NCBI RefSeq assembly: GCF_000372725.1
Contig: NW_005202428.1
Coordinates: 1,659,331 to 1,723,330, forward strand
Source of the DNA: Emiliania huxleyi CCMP1516
Lineage: Eukaryota
Length of the DNA: 64,000 nucleotides
Direction: 5' to 3'
The notes below the pieces were generated by a model that searched no databases, had not been told where the DNA came from, and saw nothing but the letters and a program-made list of their open reading frames with translations. Below, in pieces: positions 11,419 to 23,100 of this stretch. The translations under genes were made by a program, and so were the position numbers. Each line of letters starts with the position of its first letter. Position 1 is the first letter of the stretch.

Positions 11419-13107
11419 TCAGGTGCCGCCCGAGCCGCCCGCCGACGGAGGAGGCCCGTCCGAGATGCCCTCGAGGTGCGGCAGCAAGTCGCGCCACGCG
11501 GACTGAAGGGTGGGATGGGGAGGGCAAGTGTTAGAGGTGAGGCTGGGGAGGGAAGCGCAAGGCGAAGGCGGTAAGCGAGAGCAGGAGAGCGTGCGGGTGT
11601 CGAGAATGGAGCCCGCGTGGACACGTGTCGGAAGGCACCTGCATCCTCTTGGAGTACTCGAGCTGCAGCGTCACGAAGCCAACGAGCATCGCCTGGGCGG
11701 GGGAAAGGGGGAGGGGGCAGGGGTGGGTTGGTGAGCAAGTGCTGCGCGGGCACACGCCGCCGCACACGCGCGCGGCGGAGGCGGCGGCGGGGCGTGGTGC
11801 TAAGTTGGGGCGGCCGCCGAGCCGGGGCGGGCATCGCCGGGGTGGGGCGCGCGCCTTGAAGTCGGCGAGCTTCTCGCGCTGAAAACGAGCCATCTCGCCG
11901 TCGACGCGCGCGGCGACCTGCTCGTACTCCTGCTTCGCAATCGAGTGGAGCGACTCGGCCTCCCGCACTTCGCGCGCCGTCAGCGCCGCCGCCTCCTCCT
12001 TAGAGGATCGCCCTTTGAGCTTGTCGAGCTTCTCACGCTTGGCGGTGAGCGAGCGTGCGGCGCCGTTGAGGGAGGAGAGCGCGGCCGCGCGCGCTCCGAT
12101 GGCCCCTTTCGCTGCGCCGATCATCTTGATGTAGTCGCGCAGCGGCTCCTGCAAGTCAGAAGCCCCCCTCTGTGAGGCGGCGAGGAACAGTGAAGAGATG
12201 CTCTGAGTAGCCGCGGGGCGGCTCCTCGAAGGCGGCCCCCTCGCGCGCGCCCTGCGGCGGAGGGGTCGGGCATGCGTCAGGCAAGGCGAAGCATGGGAGG
12301 GGAGGAGGGCGGCGCGGGCGGAGGGCGGGCGGAGTGCGGGAAGGGGAGGGGTGTGGGCGGGGGGGGGGGGGGTTCCAGCCAAGGGTGTGGCGAGGGTGCG
12401 GCGGCGGAAGCTTCTCGGCAAGGACCTGCTCGTCGTACAAGTTGGACATGCGGTCGACGGACATGCCCATCGAGGAGAGGGCGCGCGCCAGCGACGGGTT
12501 GATGTCCGCCTCGCAGTTTGCAAGCTGCGTCAGGGAGAGCCCGAACCCAGACATCGAGCTGGCGAGCGCGCGGTGGCGCTCGATGAAGCGCTTCGAGTGT
12601 CGGTGCACCGCCGCCACCTGTGTCTCCATCGCGTCGGCGTAGTTCGACATCTGCGCGCACGCCATGTCCTCCTGCGGCAGGGCGTGCGACGGCGTGAGGG
12701 GGGCGAGCGGGGCGCTATGAAGCGGTCACGGAGCGGTCGGAGGCGGCGCGGAGAGGGGAGAGGCAGCGAGGGAGGGGAGGGGCAGGGAGGCGAGGGCAGA
12801 GGCAGCGAGGCGGGGGTTGGGGGGCGCTCCTGTGGCCGGAAGGAAGGCAGCGGCTCCGCAGAGAGCATGGTCGCCGCGCGCGAGTACGTCGAGAGGAGGC
12901 CGGACTTGACGTCTGTGAGGACAGAGCTGTAGTACGGCGACGCTTTTGCCGCCTGAGGTCAGGTCACAGTCAGGTCACAGTCAGGTCAGGTCAGGTCAGG
13001 TGCACTTGTCCACGCGCACGCGGCGGAGAGGCAGCCCTCGCATCTCCACGTCCAGCGACAGGAGGCCCCACCGCATTGAAAGTGAAAGGCCCGGCGCGCG
13101 TGAGTGA

Positions 13108-13187
<80 letters not shown>

Positions 13188-14741
13188 GTGTGTTGGCCGC
13201 CTGCTGCGACGACTGCTTCCACGCCTCGAGCGTGTCGTCGGACGCCTGCGGGACACGTCCATCGGCGTGTCCTTGGCATGCCCTCGAGCGTCTGTCGATC
13301 TCGGCCCCCCTCGGCGCATCTCGGCTCCTCTCGCCTCGAGGAAAGTCTGCAGGTCCGAGACCGAGTGCAGCTGCGGGTGGGCGGCGACCCGCTGGAGGAA
13401 GCGCTGCAGCTGCGCGCGCCGAACCTCGACCCACTCGGAGGAGCAGCCGACGCCGGAGACGCGCATGGTCGACACCTGCGCGGCGTGCTTCTCCGGCAGG
13501 GGCGGCACGATCGTGCCCGGGTACTTGGAGACCTGGGAGGGGGAGGGGGATGGGGGGGGTGAGGGAGGGGGGGCGCCGGGGCCGGGCGCCGGGGCTGGGG
13601 GCCGGCTCGGCGGCCGAGGAGTGGGCGAGGGAGGGAGGGGGTTTCGGCGCAGGGGACGCGGCGGCGGTGTGCGCTTGGGCGGCAGGAGGCAAGGAGAGGG
13701 GGGAGGAGGGGTGGGGTGGGGTGGGCGGTCGGACCAGCTGGCTGTGGAGCCAGTCAAAGTCGCGGAAGCGGCGCGTGACGGAGAACTGGCCGTAGGCGTA
13801 CTGCGGCAGAGACGTCTTTGTCATGACCTCGTAGGTGAAGAAGGCGGACATGCCGTCCCCCTGACCAGGGGCGGGAAGGGGGGCCGCACGTCGAGAGAGG
13901 GTGCGCCCAGGCGGCTGCGCAGGGCAGCGACACAGCGGCGGTGCGGGCCGGGCAGGGGAGAGACGCCGTCGCGGCGCGCATGGCGGGCACGGGGGGTGAT
14001 CTGCGGGCACAGGGGGTGATCTGCGGAGTGGGAGGGCGTCGGAAGGGCGCCTGCTTGGCGGGGTTCGCGACGACGACGTGCAGGTCGGTCGATGAGGATG
14101 TCTGCACGGCGGGGCGGCGGGGTGGCGGGTGAGCGACGGCTGCGTGAGTGGGAGAGCTGGCGGTGTGAGAGGACGGGTCGGACGGACCAACCGGACGGGA
14201 CTTTGATGGCAGGGAGGGGAGGGGAGGAGGGGAGGAGTCGTGCGGAGGGGAGGCACCGAGCCGCTGGCCGCGCCGCCGACGGCAGGCTCGACCGCCTTCG
14301 ACTCGAAGCGCGGCGCGGGCTGGCCGGCAGACTGAGGCGGCGCCGAGATGTCCAGGTCCTGAAAGGAGGCGCCAAAGTCGGCCTCGGGAACCGCCAGCAC
14401 GGATGGCGCTCCTTGACTCGGCAGCGCTGCAGAGGGCGGCGGCGAGGCTATGTCCACGTCGTCCTGCGAGGGCGGGCACGCGCCGAGTGGCGGTCGGAGC
14501 GAGGGAGCGCGGCGGGTTGGCGGGCCGCGGCCCGAGCCGGTACGCGCACCATCAGGTCCGGCGGGTCGGCGACTGAGAACGGCTCGTCTTCCGGCAGCGC
14601 AGGCGGGACAGTCGAGGAGAAGGCGGAGAGGGAGGCGTCGCGCAGTGACTCGCTGGTGTTGGCGAGGGACTGCGCGTCAAAGTACTGGCTCGAGCCGCCC
14701 ACGGAAGAGCCGCCCAAGGAGACGGTAGAGTCGGCAGACAT
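11419..14741 (-). CDS. SNX1: Sorting nexin 1/Vps5-like PX-BAR protein (multi-exon)
   Basis: PX motifs FTYEVMTKT, VTRRFRDFDWLHSQL, YPGTIVPPLPEK, RRAQLQRFLQRVAAHPQL; BAR motifs EPLRDYIKM, EMARFQREKLADFK, SAWRDLLP. Confidence 0.9.
13111..13185. repeat. (GT)n microsatellite in a sorting nexin intron
   Basis: Direct observation. Confidence 0.95.
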
Positions 14742-14939
14742 TGCCTTCACAATGCCCGGCGTCAGCGTCCACTGGCACTGATTTCCTCAGCGTCCACGGG
14801 CACCTGGCGCTGGGCGCCTGCACTCTCTCCAAGGTCAGCCGGACGCGAACACCGCAAGGCGGGGCCAAGAAAGAGAATTCTCATGCCAAGCAGACTGGCA
14901 CGAACTAGCACCACAAAAGGCACAGCAGACAACGGCCCC

Positions 14940-15680
14940 TTATGGGTCGTCGAAGAGGCCGTCATACTCCTCCGGCCTCGCCCCCCCTTCCCAACCCTCC
15001 CCTGGCTCAGGCTCCTCATCCTCGCGGCGCGCAGTGCGCACCCCGCCCCGCGAAGACGAACCCTTCCGCCGGCGTGCCTCGCGGGACTGCCGCCCGCTGC
15101 CGCCGCCCTTCCCCCCCTCCGCCGCCCGCGCCTTCTCCGCCGCCCGCGCGGCCGCCTTCGCCTCCTCCGCCGCTAACAGCGCCTCCCTCCGCGTGACCCC
15201 AATCCAATGGGTGCGCATCCAGGAGAGGTCGCGCGAGCGACCTATCCAGGGGTGATTCGCAGACGGCGCATGCCCCTTCCGCAGCATCGAGTAGTCGCCG
15301 AAGGCGAAGCCACCCCCCAAGAAGCCTTCCAGGCAAGCATCGCAGACCTGAGAGATCTCAGAACTCTCGCCGCGCCAGATTTCCTTCTCCGCCGCCTCCA
15401 TCTCCTCTCTCGACCAGCCCCCCAGCTCCGACCAGCCCTCACGCAACGCCCGGCGCCACAGCCACGGCTCCACGCCAAACTCGTCGTAAAAGCTCCCAAA
15501 GCACTGCTGACACTCGAGGCCTGGGCCTCGAGCGTCCGCCGCGGAGATGGGGTTGTCCGTGCTCGCGCCCGCCCACTCCTCGAGCGTCGCCGCTACGAGC
15601 GCCCCGTAGACGGCGTCGACCGCCGCCTCCGCCAACGCCTCAGCAGCCGCCTCGCCCGCCTCGGAACCCGTGGCCTCATC
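14940..15680 (-). CDS. Hypothetical Trp-rich ORF or exon with two CxxC motifs, possibly TE-derived
   Basis: Open frame begins after TTTTTAG; CQQC and CDAC motifs; no ATG start or upstream exon identified. Confidence 0.4.
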   Translation of the reverse strand, partial: DEATGSEAGEAAAEALAEAAVDAVYGALVAATLEEWAGASTDNPISAADARGPGLECQQCFGSFYDEFGVEPWLWRRALREGWSELGGWSREEMEAAEKEIWRGESSEISQVCDACLEGFLGGGFAFGDYSMLRKGHAPSANHPWIGRSRDLSWMRTHWIGVTRREALLAAEEAKAAARAAEKARAAEGGKGGGSGRQSREARRRKGSSSRGGVRTARREDEEPEPGEGWEGGARPEEYDGLFDDP

Positions 15681-15798
15681 TAAAAAGGATGAAAGGGTGG
15701 GGCGCGCCAGCAGCGCCCGAGACCGGCGTCTCGGGCGGGGTGCAATGCCGGCGGGCCCCCTTTCCCTCGCTCAAGCACAGAGCCCAACACAGCTCACA

Positions 15799-15951
15799 CG
15801 AGAGACTGCGAAGAGAGATAGGAAGAGGCAGACTCCCTAGGGTGGGCGACGGCTAGCGCACCACACACCTCTCCTTAAAATCCCTGTGTGGTGGCGGCGT
15901 GCCGTCCTCCCATCCCTCCGCGGCTTGTCTGTTTTCTTTCTTTCTTTCTTT
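15799..15951 (+). mobile_element. Short (TTTC)n-tailed retroposon, 5'-truncated copy
   Basis: Near-identical to the reverse complement of 28904-29055; imperfect flanking duplication AACACAG(T)CTCACA. Confidence 0.8.
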
Positions 15952-16445
15952 AACACAGTCTCACATGACAAGCGATCCCACGACAGCGATTGTGGGGACT
16001 ACATGATCCGTACGTGAAGAGTGGAGGGGCCCGCCCGCAGAGCTAGGCGGCGTGGGCGCCCCCCACTGGGGCCGAGGATAAGAGGATAAGAGCTTAAGAG
16101 GACGTCTCTGCCGCTTGCTTTGTTGGCATGTTCTCGACGTCGTTGACCCATTTGGCACGCCCAGAGGATTAACCCAGTCGGCACGCGCATTGCGCGCCTG
16201 CTTGTTGATGTTTTCGACGTCGCCGGCCACCGCAAAGAAAAAGCGCTATAAAAAGAAATTCAGCGCGGACTACTCGAGTAGTGGCAAAAAGCGCCGTCGC
16301 GCCAACTCCGGCGGAGGCGCGTGGCGGCAGCGAGGTTCACCTTCCCGCTGTCTGCTTGCTTGGCGGAACGCCGACCCAACTCTCCGCCACCGATCAACGA
16401 AATTGTGTCCCCACCTCTCCCGCCGCCCGAGAATATGTATGCACG

Positions 16446-18050
16446 ATGGCGGAGCTCACCACCTCTCCTGCCGCCCTCCGCGCGCTCCTTCGCCTCGGCT
16501 GGCCCGCCATGCTCCGCGGCTTTGTCAACTGCGCCGCCGACCGCGCCACGCTGTCGCTCGTCGGCCACTGGGATGATACGCCGGCGCACTTTGATGCCGC
16601 GTCGCTCGGCAAGATGTACTCCAACATCACCGGGCTCTCCCTCGGCTTCGGCGTCAACATGGGCCTCGCAACGCTCTGCTCGCAGGCCTTTGGCGCCGGA
16701 CGCTCCGCCGCCGAGGCGGGCGTGCATTTGCGGCGAGCGATCGTCATCCACGCTGCGCTGCTCCTAGTCAGCGGGCTGGCGGCCGGGTTCGCCGAGCCGC
16801 TGCTGCTGTCGATGGGCCAGCCTGCCGACGTTGCGCGCTGCAGCGCGCGCGTTGCCTTGCTTCAGCTGCCTGGGGTGCCGCTCTTTTGGCTGTCCAACGC
16901 GCTGCAGACGGCGTGTGACGGCGCGCAGCGGCCACGTCCCGGGCTGTACGCGCGCTGCCTGTCAGCGGGCACAACGACGGGCTTTGCCGTGCTGGCGGTC
17001 AGCCCGCAGATCCTCGGCTGGGGCTACCTGGGTCTCGCGGCCGCGAGGTCGCTTGGCGGGCTTGTCGAGCTGATTGCGATGCTTGTGCTCGTGCGGCGGC
17101 ACGAGGGCCTGGCCGACGTCGTCTGGCGGCGCGGCGACCGCGCGCTCCGAATCTTCTCGGCGCGTGCGCTGTGGCAGTACATGCGCGTCGCGCTTCCGGC
17201 GGCGGCAATCATGTGGACCGAGTGGTGGTCGTTCGAGGCGCAGGCCGTCATGGCTGGCTTGCTGCCCGACGCTCGCGTTAGCCTGGGCGCACACGGCACG
17301 TTGTTCAATTTGCTGGTGGTGTGCTACATGGCCTTCACCGGGCTGGGCACCGCCCTCTGCGCGCTGACCGGCCGCGCCATCGGCGAGCGGGCAGGGCACG
17401 TCGTCCCACGGCTGTGCGCCGTCGCAGGCCTCGTGGCGCTCGCCATCTCGGCTGCGGTCGCTGGAATCATCTACGGCGCACGCACTCCGCTCGCGCGCGC
17501 GTTTACGTCGGACGAGCGCGTCGTCGACATGATCGCCCGCTGCTCCCTCGGCCCCGCCGTCTCAGTGCCCGGCTACGCCATCTTCATGACGCTCTTCGGT
17601 GCACTGCGCGGCGCTAGCCGGCAGCGCGGCGCCGCGACCGGCGCGCTGATCGGCTACGGCCTCGTCGGCCTGCCTCTCGCCGCCTACCTCGGCCTCGTCG
17701 CGCACATGCCGCACGGCCGCCCGCTGCTCGGCATCTGGATCGGCAACGCGGCGGCGCTCGCGTTCGCATCCGCGTGGACGACGACCATCGTCTGCCGCCT
17801 CGACTGGGCGCACGTCCAGCCGAGCACCCTCGCGCGGCCGCGCACCCGTCATCCCGCCTCGCGGGCCGACGAGGATTGCGCCGGCGCCGGCGGCACCACC
17901 ACCACGGCCACCACCCTCGGGTCGTGCGACGCGTCGGCGCTGGACGAGGCGTTCCTCCCCGTGCCGGAGCCCAGTGCTGAGGGGGCGCACGGCGTGCGCG
18001 AGGCAGGGACGCGAGAGGAGAGAAGAAGAGTTGGAAAGGTAATTAACTAG
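16446..18050 (+). CDS. MATE family efflux transporter (intronless)
   Basis: LVGH...AASLG, GLATLCSQAFGAG, ALPAAAIMWTEWWSFE, GALRGASRQ, GYGLVGLPLA, LLGIWIG; about 12 hydrophobic segments. Confidence 0.92.
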   Translation: MAELTTSPAALRALLRLGWPAMLRGFVNCAADRATLSLVGHWDDTPAHFDAASLGKMYSNITGLSLGFGVNMGLATLCSQAFGAGRSAAEAGVHLRRAIVIHAALLLVSGLAAGFAEPLLLSMGQPADVARCSARVALLQLPGVPLFWLSNALQTACDGAQRPRPGLYARCLSAGTTTGFAVLAVSPQILGWGYLGLAAARSLGGLVELIAMLVLVRRHEGLADVVWRRGDRALRIFSARALWQYMRVALPAAAIMWTEWWSFEAQAVMAGLLPDARVSLGAHGTLFNLLVVCYMAFTGLGTALCALTGRAIGERAGHVVPRLCAVAGLVALAISAAVAGIIYGARTPLARAFTSDERVVDMIARCSLGPAVSVPGYAIFMTLFGALRGASRQRGAATGALIGYGLVGLPLAAYLGLVAHMPHGRPLLGIWIGNAAALAFASAWTTTIVCRLDWAHVQPSTLARPRTRHPASRADEDCAGAGGTTTTATTLGSCDASALDEAFLPVPEPSAEGAHGVREAGTREERRRVGKVIN

Positions 18051-18441
18051 TCGCGTAGTCGGCCAAGGAGCTGTGTGTCACACATTTCTTTTGGCTTCTA
18101 AAAATCTCAACAAAGTAGTAGTAAAATCTCTCTCTCTGAAACGGCAAAACAACAAAACACAACACTAAATCTCTCTCTGAAACGGTGATAAACTTAGAGC
18201 ACTTGGAGTGCAGTCAGTAACCTCACATCCAGGTAAAGGAAATAGACTTTTTGCAAAAAAAATCCCTGCCGCTTGGAGTGGTTAGGTTAGGTAGAAAGGT
18301 GAAGAACAGCCAGGCTCTGGAGTGCCGCCAAAGCAAAAAGAAATCCGATGCCGTCATTCGTCGAGGCTTCGATCGTCTTTCTGAGCGACCGGCTCCAGAG
18401 AGAGCGCCTGTGAGGTGCCCCCTCCGCGAAAGGGGCGGGAG

Positions 18442-19119
18442 ATGCTCGCCGTCTGCACCGCCGCCGCCGCCGCCTTCGTTCCCTCGTCCGCGCCGCCGCC
18501 ACTGGCGCCGGCTGCTCGGCGCTCCGCTGCGACGCCCATCCGGCTCAGCTTCGACTCGGAGGAGCGCAGTGAGAGCGCCAAGGCGGCCGGCATCGCGGCG
18601 CTGAGCGGCAGCCTGGCGTCGGCGCCCGTCAAGGCGTCCGCGCTGCTAGCCACCTTGCCCGTCAAGGCGCCGGCGCTGGCCCAGTGGGAGTTCAGCACCG
18701 GGGCGCTCGCGGTGCAACTCGCGCTCTTCGGCGTCGTCTACCGCTACGCGGCGCGCAGCGACTTCAACGACACACCGAAGCGAGGGACGGTCTTCGCCTT
18801 CGCGCTGTGCCGCGCCCTCAGCTCCGTGCAGCCGTCCTTCAGCGACAGGCCCGAGATGTTTGTGCAGCTGCTCGCGTACTTTGGCGAGTCTGTCTTTGCG
18901 TTTGGCGTCGCGGCCGCGTCGCTCGGGTACGCGTGGAAGAGGGGATGGGTGCTCCGGCTCCCGGCCGCGGGCCTGCCGCCGTATTACCCGGAAGTCTTCC
19001 GCGACGGCCCGCCGCCGCCCTACTACGACGGGCCGATGGACTACCGCGAGGGCGGCCCGCCGCCGCCGTACTACCGAGACCGGGCATTCTCGGACGGGCC
19101 TGACCAGCCGCCCTTCTGA
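18442..19119 (+). CDS. Plastid-targeted membrane protein of a family conserved in cyanobacteria and plants
   Basis: Signal peptide plus AF transit motif (MLAVCTAAAAAF); ERSESAKAA, LFGVVYRYAARSD, GTVFAFALCRAL resemble a conserved phototroph protein (from recall). Confidence 0.75.
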   Translation: MLAVCTAAAAAFVPSSAPPPLAPAARRSAATPIRLSFDSEERSESAKAAGIAALSGSLASAPVKASALLATLPVKAPALAQWEFSTGALAVQLALFGVVYRYAARSDFNDTPKRGTVFAFALCRALSSVQPSFSDRPEMFVQLLAYFGESVFAFGVAAASLGYAWKRGWVLRLPAAGLPPYYPEVFRDGPPPPYYDGPMDYREGGPPPPYYRDRAFSDGPDQPPF

Positions 19120-19425
19120 CGGGCCCGTCCGAGCCGCACAGGCCAGGTCGACCACGGGCCTCGCGCTGAGCGTCTCCCGTGGCCGTCGTGTGGGACCCGA
19201 GCGTGATGGGGGTGCGGGGTGCGGCGCGCGCGTGATGGGGGTGCGTGATGGGGGCGGCAAAGCGGCTCTCGGGGACGGCCCGCACCCCTCCCCTCGGCCC
19301 TCGCACTTGCCTCTTGCGTCTCAGCCACCCCCCCACCCCCCGTATTTTTCTCTGAGACTGAGTGCCGTGCAACGCGCCCGTGAGTTGTGACGCATGTGGC
19401 CATCGGGAGCACTTGGAGCACCTGG

Positions 19426-19957
19426 AAAAGAAAGAAAGAAAGAAAACAGACAACCAAGGGAATAAATAAATAAATAAATAAAACGGGCACGCCAAACGAG
19501 GGGTGGGAGAGGGACAGGGTCCCCACCTGCACGAGCAGGATCTTGGAAGGACGATCAGGGACACAGGGGAACGGGAGCGGGGAGCGCATCGCGACACGGA
19601 GGGGGGCTGGGCAGGGTTCACCCACACGACAGGGTCCCAGGGATTCCTCTCTCGTATAGGACAGGTTGCACCCGGCGGCACGGGGGCAGGCGCGGGCCTC
19701 CTACTGGTTGCGCTCTCCTAGTTCTCCTGCTCCTGACAAGGGACAGCGACAGGCTCGCAGCACGGTGGACTCCCTATTCCACTGGCGATCTCTCTCGACT
19801 AGCGACCTTCCTCCGGCTTCTCACCAGCAGTCTCTCACTACCACGGGCACACTGACAGAGGCGGCCAAAAGGCTCACGTGGGTGGCAGGGCGGTGATAGG
19901 AGTCTCCCACTCTGTGGGCTTCGCTAGAGGTGCGGCCCCTGCGCGTGTCCTCGCCCT

Positions 19958-20053
<96 letters not shown>

Positions 20054-20090
20054 TGAGACAACCAAGGGAGGGAGGGGGGTGGGGCGGCAC
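19426..20090 (-). mobile_element. Nested retroposons: a 594-bp (TTTA)n-tailed element (19462-20055) inside the tail of a (TTTC)n-family copy
   Basis: 14-bp duplication AGACAACCAAGGGA at 19448-19461 and 20056-20069; (CA)n near the inner 5' end; removing the insert restores the TTTC-family terminus. Confidence 0.85.
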
Positions 20091-20129
20091 TGGTTTCTTT
20101 AAAATGCCTTCACAAGGTCACAAACAGCC

Positions 20130-23100
20130 ATGTTGTTGGCCACCTTGGGCCTTTGCACCGCTGTGCCTCTGCAGCCCTACGCGTACCAGCCGCTGCCCGT
20201 GGGCTCTGTTACGCCGAAGGGATGGCTCCTGAAGCAGCTGACGCTGCAGGCGGAGGGCCTCTCTGGCCACCTCGCTCAGGCGCATACTTGCGCCCATATA
20301 TGTGTGTGTATGCAGCGCTCAGCCTGCGCTTGGCACGCCGCCACACTCCACAGCCTCTGCACGGCCCGGCGCGCACCTGCACAGACTCGCACGGCTCGCA
20401 CACTGCTCACACAACTCGCAAATCTCAGTGAGCCGTGCGCGACTGCACCATAAAAAGCCGTGACGACCGCCTCGCAGTTCTGGCATGACATCATGAGCTC
20501 CGTCTGGATTGGCGGCTCGGGCGACGGCGGGCTGCACGAGCGGACGCCGTACTGGCTGAACGGGGTGATTCCGCTCGCCTTCCTGCTCCGCAACGCGGGC
20601 ATCGATGAGCTGCCGCCCGTGGCCGGCATCTACAAGGCGCCGTGGGGCCGCCACGGCTGGATGTCGACGCTCTGCGAGAGCGGCGGCGAGGTGCGTGGCG
20701 CGGTGATCGCCGGAGGCGTGGCGGGCTACCCCGTGGAGAGCGCCGCGGAGTGCCGCGACGACTGCGCGGCGCGCAGCGACTGCGTCGGCTACGCGGCCGA
20801 GACATGCTCGGCGCCGGTTCGCTGCTGGCACAAGGGGCAGCTCCCGCAGGCGACGGCCGCTAGCCCCGCGGCTCCTGTGGGCGGCAAAGAAGCGGCTGCG
20901 GGCGTGTCGACTTGCGCGTGCCACGGCAGAAATATCCCGAAGCCGACGCCGGTCGACCTCATGGGCCAAGTCGAGCGGTACGTGGAGGTCATCCTCGCGC
21001 ACGCGAACGCCACGAGCGGCTGGCTCGGTCCCGACAGCAGCCCTGCCAGCGGGGGGCAGTACTGGGGCCCCTCCAACGTACTGCAGGCAACGTGGCTCGC
21101 AGTGGGCCACGCGGGGGGAGGTGGGGACATAGCCTGATTGGTGAACGATGATTGATGAACGAATCGTTGCAGGCGCTCTGGCAGTGGGCCGAGGCGAAGA
21201 GGGAGGGCGACGCGGCCGCTTTCTCGAAGGCGTCGCGCGCCATGCTGCTGCACCTTCTGGAGCAGCGGCGGCGGATGGCCAAAGCTCCGCTTGCCAGCTG
21301 GGCGAAGGCGAGATCGCCCGAGATCACCCGACCAAGCGCACCCGAGATCGAGATCGCCCGAGATCACCGCTAGCGAGCCGCACAAAGGCGCGCTGGATCG
21401 ACATGGCCAAGTCGGCAGAGTGGCTGATCGACAACGCACGGCTGACCGACGCTCAGAGAGGCCAGATCACCCGAGATCACCCAAGATGATACGAGATCAC
21501 CTGAGATCACGAGATCACTCGCCGGCCTGACCGACGCGCTGAGAGAGTCCCCCCCTACCCCCCAGGCGAGCTCCTCGAGCTCATCGCGCTGCTCAAGGCG
21601 CAAGGCGAGGACTGGGACGGCTGGTTCGAGGCCGTCCCCCGCACGTCGAACCACAACGTCAACGTGGCGCAGGCCCGCTCACCCACGCGCACTGGGCCTC
21701 GCACTGGAATGCCGTGCCGGCGCGTGCCTGTTCCGGGATTTGGAGAAGCGAGGGGTGCCCAGGGAGGCGTTCCACCTTGCCCTCCCTCGGCCCGCTGCAG
21801 GGCCTCAAGTCGGCGGCGGTGTGGTGGCGCTTCAACTCGTCGGCGTCGCACGCCAACCTCTCCATGGCGCAGCTCTCGCTCCGCCGCATGCGCAAGCTCG
21901 ACGCGGCGTACGGCCAGCCCACGGGGATGTGCGAGATCTAGCCGAGATACAGCCGAGATCTAGCCCTGAGATCTAGCCGGGATCTAGCCGGGATACAGCT
22001 GATATATCGCTGAGATCTAGCCGAGATCTAGCCGGCCAGCCCTCGGGGGATGTGTGCCGCGGCTCCGCCCGTGAACAGGTACCTCGGCGACGAGATTACT
22101 CCCGTCCCGCACACGCGCTCCCCCTCGCGCGGCATCGAGCTGTGTGGCGTCGTCGAGGCGCTGCACTCGCACGGGCCCACGTGGCGCAGAGTGCGGGGCC
22201 CGTCCGTGACACGTCCACACACACACACAGGCGCTGTACTCGTACGAGGCGATGTACTCCGTCCACGGGACTCTCGCCTTTGCCGACCGTACGGAGCGCA
22301 TCGCCTACAACGCCCTCCCCGCCACTTGGGCCTCGCCGAGGGGGGGCGACATGTGGGCGCACCAGTACCTCCAGGCGGTCAACGAGATCAACGCAATCAA
22401 GGCGAGCCCGCACGTCTGGCAGCACGACAACGCCTTCTCCGAGACGTACGGCCTCGAGCCAAACTTCGGCTGCTGCACGGCAAACTTCCACCAGGGCTGG
22501 CCAAAGTTCGCCAACTCGCTCTTCCACTCCGCCCCCGACGGCGGCGTCGTCGTCTCGATGTGCGCGCCCCACGTCCACGTCCACGTCCACGGACAGCACG
22601 ACCGCAGATGCTTCGCCGACAGGTGGGCGCCCGCGGCCGCCAAGCTCCCTTCCGGCGCGACGGTCGAGGTCGACACGACGTACCCGTTCGGCGACGACGC
22701 CACCGTCACGGTCCGCGCCGCCGCCGGCACGCCCGTTTACCTGCGCATCCCTGGCTGGGCCGTCAAGGCGACGGTCAACGGCGCGGCGGCTGCCAACGGC
22801 ACCCTCTTCCGCGGCGTGGCGACGGGCGGCGCCGACGTCTTTGCCGTGGCCTTTCGGTCCGAGACCCGCAGAGACCCGCCGAGATCCGCCGAGATCCGCC
22901 GAGATCCGCCAGCAGTCGGGGCTCCGCAGTCGAGATCGGCCGGCGTTTTCACGCGTGCCGATCGGGGCGGGAGATTGCCCGAGACCGCACGAGATCGCGT
23001 GAGATCGTAGGCCGGAGACGCGGCTTGAGCGGTGGGACGGCGGCGCGGCGAGCGTTCACCGCGGCGCGCTGCTCTACTCGCTGCCGATCGCGCCAAACTA

